A stretch of DNA of 32,000 nt. Origin: Fibrobacter succinogenes subsp. succinogenes S85 (lineage in GTDB: Bacteria; Fibrobacterota; Fibrobacteria; Fibrobacterales; Fibrobacteraceae). A program made the position numbers and the translations under genes. The stretch is taken from positions 480,001-512,000 of the forward strand of contig NC_017448.1 in assembly GCF_000146505.1 (NCBI RefSeq). The letters are read 5' to 3'. Position 1 is the stretch's first letter; each line of letters opens with the position of its first letter. The notes beneath the pieces are model-generated. The model was given only the letters and a program-made list of their open reading frames with translations, made no database searches and was not told the origin of the DNA. Of the stretch, positions 15,271 to 22,455 are shown in pieces.

Positions 15271-15323
15271 GGTCTAAAGATAGAAATTAGTAGACGGTAG
15301 GAAGTTGGCAGTAGGAAGAAGAA
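15271..15323. repeat. variant TAGAC/GTAGGAA heptamer element
   Basis: GGTCTAAAGATAGAAATTAGTAGACGGTAGGAAGTTGGCAGTAGGAAGAAGAAAGA. It shares TAGACGGTAGGAAGT with 18044-18058 and GTTGGCAG with 20223-20230. Confidence 0.7.
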
Positions 15324-15449
15324 AGATATCGGCAAGGTATGGAACCAACAGATGTACTTTTCCGCACATTTAAGGCAATTTTAAAGAAAAGCTCTTTTCG
15401 CAATTGATTTTTTTGTCTATTATTCAGTTGTAATCGAAGGAAAAAATCC

Positions 15450-16415
15450 ATGATTTCTACGCTTTTCACGCTTTTTAAGATGTCTCGCCCTGTAAATATC
15501 GTGATTGCCACCATCACGCTTCTCGTGGGTTATACATTGCTGCAGCACAATCCGACCACTCCAGTTCTGATTTTACAGATTATTGGTTTTTCTGCAGCAA
15601 TCGGATTTGCCAACATCCAAAACGACATTCTCGATCTAGAAAGCGACAAGCTAAACCGCCCGGAACGTCCTCTCGTGACAGGTGAAGTGTCCGTCAAGAC
15701 GGCCAAAATAACATGGATTATCCTGATGATCGTCACGCTTCTTTGCGGCATCGGCGATTCCACCATTCAGATTGTAAAATTCATCAACATCGTCAAGGAT
15801 TGGGACCACGCCCTTGATTTTGGATGGATGGGCGCACTCATCTTGGCGTTTCCGATGTTGTTCTTCGCATTTCTCGTCTTTTTGCTTATCGGGTACAACC
15901 ACTATCTCAAGCGTTCACCGGCATTCAAAAACATCACAGTCGCATTTCTCTGCACGACCCCGTTGCTTTACGCCGTACAGCACTTTTTCAATTTTGCAAA
16001 CCACGACTATCCAGAAGAACACATGTGGACAATCATTCCTGCAATACCTTTTGCGTTCTTACTGACCATTGCTCGTGAAATTTACAAAGACCTTGAAGAT
16101 AAGAACGGCGACCTTCAGGCAGGCATTATGACGTTTCCGATTATCGCAGGAGACAAAGTGGCTCGCAGGCTCGCGGGAGACATAATCATCTTTACATGGA
16201 TATCACTCCCTGTACCCGTTTTCTTTTTGGATAAGTTATTTGACCACAATTATCCGCCCCTGTTCCTCGCCTTAACAGCGTTGACGCTGACCCCCACCTT
16301 TGCCATCGTCATGGTAAGCGCAAGTAGCCAAAATTATCGTCGAGCACAGACATTCACTAAATTTGCGATGTTCCTTGGACTCATCACGCTTCTAATCTGC
16401 TCAGTAGTCCAGTAA
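15450..16415 (+). CDS. UbiA-family aromatic/lipid prenyltransferase
   Basis: Eight to nine TM segments. First Asp-rich motif NIQNDILDLESDKLNRPERPLVTG; second motif region REIYKDLEDKNGD. The start could instead be the internal Met at 15480. Confidence 0.8.
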   Translation: MISTLFTLFKMSRPVNIVIATITLLVGYTLLQHNPTTPVLILQIIGFSAAIGFANIQNDILDLESDKLNRPERPLVTGEVSVKTAKITWIILMIVTLLCGIGDSTIQIVKFINIVKDWDHALDFGWMGALILAFPMLFFAFLVFLLIGYNHYLKRSPAFKNITVAFLCTTPLLYAVQHFFNFANHDYPEEHMWTIIPAIPFAFLLTIAREIYKDLEDKNGDLQAGIMTFPIIAGDKVARRLAGDIIIFTWISLPVPVFFLDKLFDHNYPPLFLALTALTLTPTFAIVMVSASSQNYRRAQTFTKFAMFLGLITLLICSVVQ

Positions 16416-16464
16416 CTGATCGCTTTTCCAAGAGGCTCCCCAACTTGAGGAGTTTTTTCATTTT

Positions 16465-16505
16465 GTGTAATATTTTACACTTTTTGTTTTTACAAAATTT
16501 GTAAA
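16465..16505. promoter_or_regulatory. two perfect palindromes sharing TGTAA/TTACA half-sites upstream of the purF -24/-12 box
   Basis: GTGTAA-TATT-TTACAC lies at 16465-16480 and TTTACAAA-A-TTTGTAAA at 16489-16505, about 30-70 nt upstream of TGGCAC. Confidence 0.4.
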
Positions 16506-16535
16506 TCACATAGCAAAATCGGCTCTAGATTTTGA

Positions 16536-16551
16536 TGGCACGCATTTTGCT
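16536..16551 (+). promoter_or_regulatory. sigma54-type -24/-12 promoter upstream of purF
   Basis: Exact TGGCACG-CATT-TTGCT with GG-N10-GC spacing, about 90 nt upstream of the purF ATG on the same strand. Confidence 0.6.
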
Positions 16552-16639
16552 ATCCTATGCGGTCCACTTCTCCGCTTGCACCCGTATGGGTGAGCTACGG
16601 CCTTCGAGGCAAGGGAAGTATTCATTTCAAAGAGGCTTT

Positions 16640-18025
16640 ATGCTCGACGAATTGCACGAAGAATGCGGCGTTATCGGCATTTATAATGGCGACGCCGTTG
16701 TCCGTAATATTACCATGGGCCTTTACGCACTGCAGCACCGCGGTCAAGAAAGTGCCGGTTTTGCAATCAGCGACGGAGACAAGATTCGCGTCCGCAAATC
16801 CATGGGACTAGTTTCAACGTTACTGCGAGAACACAACATTGACGAATTTGACGGTTTCGCCGGCATCGGTCATGTGCGATACAGCACGACAGGTGCAAGC
16901 ACTCTTGCCAACGCACAGCCGATTCTCGTCAGTTGCAAGTGGGGGCAAATTGCAGTCGCCCACAACGGCAACATCACTAACGCCAACGAACTTCGTGCCG
17001 AAATGGAAGCCGATGGCCACATTTTCCAGACCACTTCAGATTCTGAAATCCTTTTACACGAAATAGCACGCACCCAGGCCGATGACCTGGGTGAAGCCAT
17101 AAAAAAAGCCATCACAAAATTTACGGGAAGCTTCTGCCTCGTTTTTATCAGCAAAGATTCCATGTATGTCGCCCGCGATGGTTTCGGTTTCCGCCCGCTC
17201 TCGATTGCCCGCATGGGTAAAGCATGGTGCGTTGCTAGCGAAACCTGCGCATTTGACTTGCTCGGCGCAAACTACGTTCGCGACATCCAGCCCGGTGAAT
17301 TTTTGACCATTACAAAGAACGGGCTCCATTCCGAACGCTTTACGCAAAAAGATCGCCTCGCCCACTGCATTTTTGAATACATCTATTTTAGCAGACCGGA
17401 TTCCAAGATTTTTGAACAAAGTTGCGATAAAATTCGCCGTAAGATGGGCAAGCAGCTCGCCAAGGAATGCCCTGTCGATGCAGACATCGTCATCTCTGTG
17501 CCGGACAGCGCCACAACAGCGGCACTCGGTTACGCACAAGCTAGCGGCATCCGTTTTGAAATAGGCTTACTCCGTAACCACTACGTTGGAAGAACGTTCA
17601 TCGACCCCACGCAAAACGTCCGCGAACAGAAAGTCAAGCTTAAATTCAACCCCATCGTGGGCGTGCTCAAGAACAAGCGCGTTTGCGTCGTCGAAGACTC
17701 CATCGTACGAGGTACAACACTCAAGATTTTATCCAAAATGCTCCGCGATGCAGGCGCACTTGAAGTGCATATCCGTATCGCATCGCCTCCGGTAGCTCAT
17801 CCCTGTTTCTTCGGCATGGACTTCCCGAGTCAAGGCGAACTTGCCGCAAGTTCTATGACGCCTAACGAAATTGCACAAATGCTCGGAGTCGAAAGTCTTG
17901 GCTACCTGAGCGTTGAAGGCATGAAGGAATGTACCGGTGAAGGCGAGAACTACTGCGCCGCATGCTTTGACAACGACTACCCCGATTATATCGGAACCGA
18001 CGCTCAAAAGACACGCTGCGGGTAA
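16640..18025 (+). CDS. purF: amidophosphoribosyltransferase (glutamine PRPP amidotransferase), Fe-S/propeptide type
   Basis: MLDELHEE|CGVIGIY provides the N-terminal nucleophile Cys after a short propeptide. Other motifs are GIGHVRYSTTG, the PRPP loop VCVVEDSIVRGTT, and Cys ligands (CIFEY, CFFGMDFP, CAACFDNDYP). An AAGAGG Shine-Dalgarno lies at 16629-16634. Confidence 0.95.
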   Translation: MLDELHEECGVIGIYNGDAVVRNITMGLYALQHRGQESAGFAISDGDKIRVRKSMGLVSTLLREHNIDEFDGFAGIGHVRYSTTGASTLANAQPILVSCKWGQIAVAHNGNITNANELRAEMEADGHIFQTTSDSEILLHEIARTQADDLGEAIKKAITKFTGSFCLVFISKDSMYVARDGFGFRPLSIARMGKAWCVASETCAFDLLGANYVRDIQPGEFLTITKNGLHSERFTQKDRLAHCIFEYIYFSRPDSKIFEQSCDKIRRKMGKQLAKECPVDADIVISVPDSATTAALGYAQASGIRFEIGLLRNHYVGRTFIDPTQNVREQKVKLKFNPIVGVLKNKRVCVVEDSIVRGTTLKILSKMLRDAGALEVHIRIASPPVAHPCFFGMDFPSQGELAASSMTPNEIAQMLGVESLGYLSVEGMKECTGEGENYCAACFDNDYPDYIGTDAQKTRCG

Positions 18026-18026
18026 A

Positions 18027-18060
18027 TAGTTAGAAGTAGGAAATAGACGGTAGGAAGTAA
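18027..18060. repeat. variant GTAGGAA/TAGAC element, left arm (after the purF stop)
   Basis: TAGTTAGAAGTAGGAAATAGACGGTAGGAAGTAA. It is inverted relative to 18110-18140, which reads ACTGTCTACTTCCGACAGCCTATAGTCTACTAA. Confidence 0.65.
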
Positions 18061-18077
18061 CGCTAACGTCATAACAC

Positions 18078-18101
18078 AAAAGGCTCCAAATGGAGCCTTT
18101 T
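18078..18101. terminator. bidirectional intrinsic terminator between purF (+) and the epimerase gene (-)
   Basis: AAAAGGCTCC-AAAT-GGAGCCTTTT: an 8-bp GC-containing stem with flanking A and T runs. Confidence 0.75.
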
Positions 18102-18109
18102 AAAATACA

Positions 18110-18140
18110 CTGTCTACTTCCGACAGCCTATAGTCTACTA
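18110..18140. repeat. variant GTAGGAA/TAGAC element, right arm
   Basis: GTCTACTTCC and TAGTCTACTA are reverse complements of GGAAGTAGAC/TAGTAGAC-type boxes seen at 18031-18058 and 15288-15300. Confidence 0.6.
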
Positions 18141-18141
18141 A

Positions 18142-19062
18142 TTAAGCGTTTTCAAATGTCCAGCGGATGTGTTCATCCAAAAATTCATGGGCATCGAATG
18201 CCAAATCAAAACTGTCCTTGATTTTCTGGACGCTATAGAGCATGGGTTCATCACCCCACCCCATATCGGTTTCAACGATTTTTGATTTGCACCCAGGCTT
18301 AAGGGCAATCATCTTTTCTGCAATTTCTTTCCAGCTAATCCATTCAGAACCAAGACCGAGGAAGATTTCTTCGTTCAAATCGGATTCCAGGAGCTTCATA
18401 TAAATTTGAGCCTGCTGAGAAGCATGGATAAACTGCGTACCGTCATTCTTGATGATATTGATATCGCGGTCTTCCTTGACAGCATAAGCCATTTCAAAGA
18501 ACCTGCGGTCAGGCTGAGAGCACCCATCGGGGAACGCCGGATTGCCAAACGTATATCCCGGACGGATAATATTGCGTTTCATCTTGACTTCGGGAAACTG
18601 GCTTCCGTAACCATGGCTAAAGCCAAGCACAAAAGCCTCACCAGCCGCCTTGGTCGCCCCATAAAGGTCAATCGGCAAATTGCTCGTCATCTCGTGCATT
18701 TCGGAACGCACACGTCCCATCGCCGAGGTGCTGCTAGTATAAATAAACTTGTCACAACCCGCACGAGCGGCCATTTCCAAAAGAGCGATCGTTGCACGAG
18801 TATCGTTCATGAGCATTGCACTTGGAGTATCGCCCCAACCGAGAGCCACGTGAATGCAGGCATCACAGCCGACAAGGCCCTCGCCCATCTTTTCAAAATC
18901 CGTCAAAGCGGCCTCGACAAACGAGACGTTCGGATTAGCCCTTAAAGTCGGCACCTTGTTCGGGTGACGCGTTGCTACAACGACTTCATGCCCTCTATCC
19001 AAAAGAGCCTTGACCACATAATGACCGATAAAGCCGGTACCACCCGTTACAAATACTCGCAT
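18142..19062 (-). CDS. NAD-dependent epimerase/dehydratase family protein (extended SDR)
   Basis: MRVFVTGGTGFIGHYVVKALLDRGHEV (Rossmann GxxGxxG) and YGATKAAGE (YxxxK). I chose the start at 19062; the ORF track extends to 19095. Confidence 0.85.
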   Translation of the reverse strand: MRVFVTGGTGFIGHYVVKALLDRGHEVVVATRHPNKVPTLRANPNVSFVEAALTDFEKMGEGLVGCDACIHVALGWGDTPSAMLMNDTRATIALLEMAARAGCDKFIYTSSTSAMGRVRSEMHEMTSNLPIDLYGATKAAGEAFVLGFSHGYGSQFPEVKMKRNIIRPGYTFGNPAFPDGCSQPDRRFFEMAYAVKEDRDINIIKNDGTQFIHASQQAQIYMKLLESDLNEEIFLGLGSEWISWKEIAEKMIALKPGCKSKIVETDMGWGDEPMLYSVQKIKDSFDLAFDAHEFLDEHIRWTFENA

Positions 19063-19175
19063 AAGAACTCCTTTTTCAACACCTATCTTTTCCAATATAG
19101 ATTATGTCGGTTCAATCCGGCAAGAGTTTACGTGAAATTACTAGATTAAATCCTGAAAATTCTAGTGAGGTTTTT

Positions 19176-20210
19176 ATGTCCCGTTTACGCGTTTTGGTAT
19201 TGATGGGCGGTCCATCTACTGAACATGATGTTTCTGTCGTTAGCGGTACTGGCGTTGTGCGCGCCATGGATCCGGAAAAGTACAACATCCACCCGGTGCT
19301 CATTGACAAAGACGGTACCTGGCACTGGTCTTCCCGTGAACTTTCTCCGTACCAGAAGGCTAATTTCTCGGAAAACTATTTCCACAGCCTCGAAGGCACA
19401 GCCGCCAACAAAAAGAAGTCTCCGGCTCTTTCGGAACTTCCGTCGGCCGATATTGCATTCCTCGCCCTCCACGGCAAGTGGGGCGAAGACGGCCACATCC
19501 AGGCCATGCTCGAAAACTGGAACATCCCGTACACGGGTTGCGGCCTTTTGGCATCGGCACTAGCCATGGACAAGATTAAGTCCAAAGAAATTTACCGTGC
19601 AAACGGTATCCCGACTCCGCCTTACCGCGTGATCTGGAAGCACGACTTTACCGGTGACACGCTCGTAAGCGTTGCCGACGAACTCGGATACCCACTCGTC
19701 ATCAAGGACCCGCTGGGAGGCTCATCCATCGGCATTGGCATCGCGAAGAATCTCGACGAAGCAGGCAAGATTGCACAGGACTTGTTCAAGGATTCTAACC
19801 GTTTGCTCTGCGAAAAGTTCATCGCCGGTGGCGAGGCTAGCTGCGGCTACATCGAAGGAGAAAAGCCACTCCCGCCGACTGAAATGCGCATGACGACCCG
19901 CGAATACTTTGACTTCGAAGCGAAGTACAACGGCGAATGCCAGGAAGTCACTCCGGCTGAATTTGCACCGGAACTCACAGCACGCATCCAGGAACTTGTG
20001 AAGAACGCCCACTACGCTTTGGGCGGTGCTGGCTACAGCCGTACGGACGTCCGCATCACGAAGGATGGCGAGCTCTTTGCGATTGAAACGAACACGCTCC
20101 CGGGCATGACCCCGACATCGCTGTTGCCGCAACAGGCAGCTTGCGTTGGCATCACCTACAGCCAGCTCATTGACCTCATCATCGACAAGAGCTTGGAGAT
20201 TAAGCGTTAG
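19176..20210 (+). CDS. ddl: D-alanine--D-alanine ligase
   Basis: MSRLRVLVLMGGPSTEHDVSVVSG, FLALHGKWGEDGHIQAMLE, an ATP-grasp region, and EINTLPGMTPTSLLP-type C-terminus (ETNTLPGMTPTSLLPQ). A GTGAGG Shine-Dalgarno precedes the ATG at 19176. Confidence 0.9.
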   Translation: MSRLRVLVLMGGPSTEHDVSVVSGTGVVRAMDPEKYNIHPVLIDKDGTWHWSSRELSPYQKANFSENYFHSLEGTAANKKKSPALSELPSADIAFLALHGKWGEDGHIQAMLENWNIPYTGCGLLASALAMDKIKSKEIYRANGIPTPPYRVIWKHDFTGDTLVSVADELGYPLVIKDPLGGSSIGIGIAKNLDEAGKIAQDLFKDSNRLLCEKFIAGGEASCGYIEGEKPLPPTEMRMTTREYFDFEAKYNGECQEVTPAEFAPELTARIQELVKNAHYALGGAGYSRTDVRITKDGELFAIETNTLPGMTPTSLLPQQAACVGITYSQLIDLIIDKSLEIKR

Positions 20211-20224
20211 CGGCGTTGCCGCAG

Positions 20225-20316
20225 TTGGCAGAACTTAGACCGCTTCGCTCTTAGAACTTAGACAAGTTGATCCAAACATTTTTCTAAGCTCTAAGTTCTA
20301 AGCTCTAAGTTCTAGT
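20225..20316. repeat. sibling heptamer-palindromic element built from CTTAGAA / TCTAAG(C/T) units
   Basis: TTGGCAGAACTTAGAC-CGCTTCG-CTCTTAGAACTTAGAC, a 19-nt spacer, then TCTAAGCTCTAAGTTCTAAGCTCTAAGTTCTAG. It is preceded by the hairpin GCGGC-GTT-GCCGC (20210-20222). Confidence 0.85.
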
Positions 20317-20334
20317 AACTACGAACTAGTAACT

Positions 20335-20964
20335 ATGAACTATAACTTAATAGTAGATACATCCCGAAAGGGAATTTCGATGGCACTGAGCGCGGACTCC
20401 GTGTACGAAGAAATGGTCGATCCATCTGCCAAGGGCGAAATTCTAAGCGCAAGCTTGGATAACCTTTTGGCTAAGGTCGGCGCCACTCTCGATGACGTGA
20501 AGCGTGTCATGGTAACTGTCGGACCGGGCTCGTTCAGCGGACTGCGAACGGGCGTCGCGTTCTGCCAGGGCCTTTGCTTTAGCGGCAAGCGCAATTTGTA
20601 TGGCGTGACGACATTGCAAGCCCTCGCCTGCTTTGCCGGCGTTCCCGATGAATCTGTTGCTGTCGTGATTCGCGCACGCAATGGATTCTGGTACTTGCGT
20701 TTGAACAACGAAGAGAGCTTTATTGAAACTGCAGACGTTGTTGCACGACTCCAGGCTAGTTCCGTGAAGAACGCTGTTGTTGATGCAGCCGCGCTTACAG
20801 ACGAAGCGCTCGTCGCCGTTTTCAAGGACAAAGGAATCGCAACGACTCTCGACACCGACAAGAAGCTCAACATGTGGTCTCCGCTTTTTGATACTGTGAA
20901 ACCATCGCTCATTCAAGAAGCAAACTACATCCAGCCGTCTTACTTCGAGAAGTTGAAGGTGTAA
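20335..20964 (+). CDS. tsaB: tRNA N6-threonylcarbamoyladenosine biosynthesis protein TsaB (YeaZ)
   Basis: VTVGPGSFSGLRTGVAFCQGL matches the GPGSFTGLRIG motif. It is followed by rimI, the usual pairing. Confidence 0.8.
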   Translation: MNYNLIVDTSRKGISMALSADSVYEEMVDPSAKGEILSASLDNLLAKVGATLDDVKRVMVTVGPGSFSGLRTGVAFCQGLCFSGKRNLYGVTTLQALACFAGVPDESVAVVIRARNGFWYLRLNNEESFIETADVVARLQASSVKNAVVDAAALTDEALVAVFKDKGIATTLDTDKKLNMWSPLFDTVKPSLIQEANYIQPSYFEKLKV

Positions 20965-20969
20965 TCACA

Positions 20970-21398
20970 ATGCTACTGCGCGAGATGACCGAAAATGACT
21001 TGCCACAAGTTCTTGAATTGCAACGGGAACTTGCGTTTCAGGATTGGAACGAGAAGCAATTTCTGTCGGAAATCCGCGCAAGCTATGCATATTGCGTTGT
21101 TTGTGAAGATGAAGCCAAGCTTTTAGGTTATGCCATATTCCATTTGCTCGGACCCGATTCCGAACTCTTGAGTATCGCCACTCGCGCATCAGAACAGCGC
21201 AAAGGCATCGGCAGTCAACTTTTGAAAGCGGGTTTGGACAAGCTCACCGAAAATGGCGACCAATGTTTTTTGGAAGTCCGTGATGGAAACGCCAAGGCTC
21301 GCGCCTTTTACGAGAAGCACGGGTTCAAGCTGTATAGCGTCCGCAAGAAATATTATTCCGATGGCGAAGACGCCGCATTGTACAAGTTCTGCAGGTAA
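20970..21398 (+). CDS. rimI: ribosomal-protein-alanine N-acetyltransferase (GNAT)
   Basis: GNAT motif A is LLSIATRASEQRKGIGSQLL, with ARAFYEKHGF nearby. It sits directly downstream of tsaB. Confidence 0.75.
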   Translation: MLLREMTENDLPQVLELQRELAFQDWNEKQFLSEIRASYAYCVVCEDEAKLLGYAIFHLLGPDSELLSIATRASEQRKGIGSQLLKAGLDKLTENGDQCFLEVRDGNAKARAFYEKHGFKLYSVRKKYYSDGEDAALYKFCR

Positions 21399-21403
21399 TT
21401 ATT

Positions 21404-22393
21404 TTGTCAAAAATTTTAAAATCAGATAAGAGCAGCCAAAAGAAAAAGAACTTCAGCATAGGCATCGCATTGCTGATTTTACTTGCAATAGCAATTATCA
21501 CATATATCATCTTTGAAAAAAGCGGTCACTGGCTTGTTCAAGACGATAACTTTGAACATGTCAAATGGGTCGCCATTCTCGACGGGCAAAGTGCAGACCT
21601 TGAACGTAGCGATTTTGCGGCGAACCTTTTAAACGAAGGCCAAGCAGATTCAGTCCTCATTCTCGGTCGTCGCGTTTATCGCGACCGAAGCAACTCTGAA
21701 TATTACGCCGACGACTTTATGAAACTAGGCGCATTCGATAGCAATGCCGTTTTTCTCGTCCCGCACAACGATCCCTCCACCATCAGCGAAGCCTATTCGC
21801 TCGTCCCTTGGCTCAAGAAGCACAATGCCGACACAGTCCTTTTGCTGACATCCGCAGCCTCCACATACCGAGTCAAGAGAATTTTCCAGAAGCTTTCAGG
21901 CAATAGCCCAGTCTACATCACCAAAGATATTCATCACGTGACATACAATCCCAATTGCTGGTACAGCAACCGCGAATCGCGCAAAGACTGGCTCCGTGGC
22001 TGGGCAGCTCTTTTCGTCTCGTACTTTGACCTTTTCAATACAGATACGCTTGAAGCAGTGGACTCCTCATACTACAAACCCATTAAATCTTACGCTGAAT
22101 ACAAGCGAGAATTCCGTTCAAACGTCAACTTGCAAAAACTCCTGCCGAAAATTGAGGACAAGATAAAAGTCGAATCAGAAAAAGAAGCCGTCAAGGATTC
22201 TGTAAAAGCAACAGCCAAAGAAACAACAAAAGAAGCTGTGAAAGATTCAAGCAAGACGCAAGAAAAAACATCGGCAAAAGCCAAAGATACACCCAAGGCT
22301 ACAGCGAAAGAACTGCCGAAAGAAAAGGCTGTAGAAAAGAAAGCTGATGCTAAAGCGCCTGCGAAAGCACAAACAAAGCCAGCAAAAAAATAA
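21404..22393 (+). CDS. DUF218/YdcF(ElyC)-like membrane-anchored protein with a Lys/Ala/Glu-rich C-terminal tail
   Basis: N-terminal TM IGIALLILLAIAIITYIIF. The core has ILDG...DSVLILGRR...LLLTSAASTYR, a DUF218-like pattern. The last ~90 aa are low complexity (KEAVKDSVKATAKETTKEAVKD...AKAPAKAQTKPAKK). TTG start. Confidence 0.6.
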   Translation: MSKILKSDKSSQKKKNFSIGIALLILLAIAIITYIIFEKSGHWLVQDDNFEHVKWVAILDGQSADLERSDFAANLLNEGQADSVLILGRRVYRDRSNSEYYADDFMKLGAFDSNAVFLVPHNDPSTISEAYSLVPWLKKHNADTVLLLTSAASTYRVKRIFQKLSGNSPVYITKDIHHVTYNPNCWYSNRESRKDWLRGWAALFVSYFDLFNTDTLEAVDSSYYKPIKSYAEYKREFRSNVNLQKLLPKIEDKIKVESEKEAVKDSVKATAKETTKEAVKDSSKTQEKTSAKAKDTPKATAKELPKEKAVEKKADAKAPAKAQTKPAKK

Positions 22394-22455
22394 TGGATCC
22401 TCTACGCTTCGCTTCGAGGATGACGGAGAAGCCGCGCATTTCACTTAAGCAACAA

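Noticed and set aside
15330-15350. Possible third sigma54 box on the minus strand (TTGGTTCCATACCTTGCC) upstream of the 15270 gene
   Set aside because: GG and GC are separated by 11 nt, not 10, and the -24 element is TGGTTC rather than TGGCAC, so it is below threshold.
16532-16639. N-terminal extensions proposed by the ORF track for purF (16532), groES (27891), DUF748 (24097), ddl (19104), epimerase (19095), rluA (12130), the OMP-like gene (13374) and DUF3450 (11044)
   Set aside because: In each case an internal Met gives the canonical N-terminus, removes overlap with the neighbouring gene, or both. In three cases (ddl, groES, purF) it also carries a visible Shine-Dalgarno. Examples are the Cys nucleophile after a short propeptide, MIKPLADRI for GroES, the GxxGxxG start, and signal peptides. 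The extensions run through promoter or repeat sequence.
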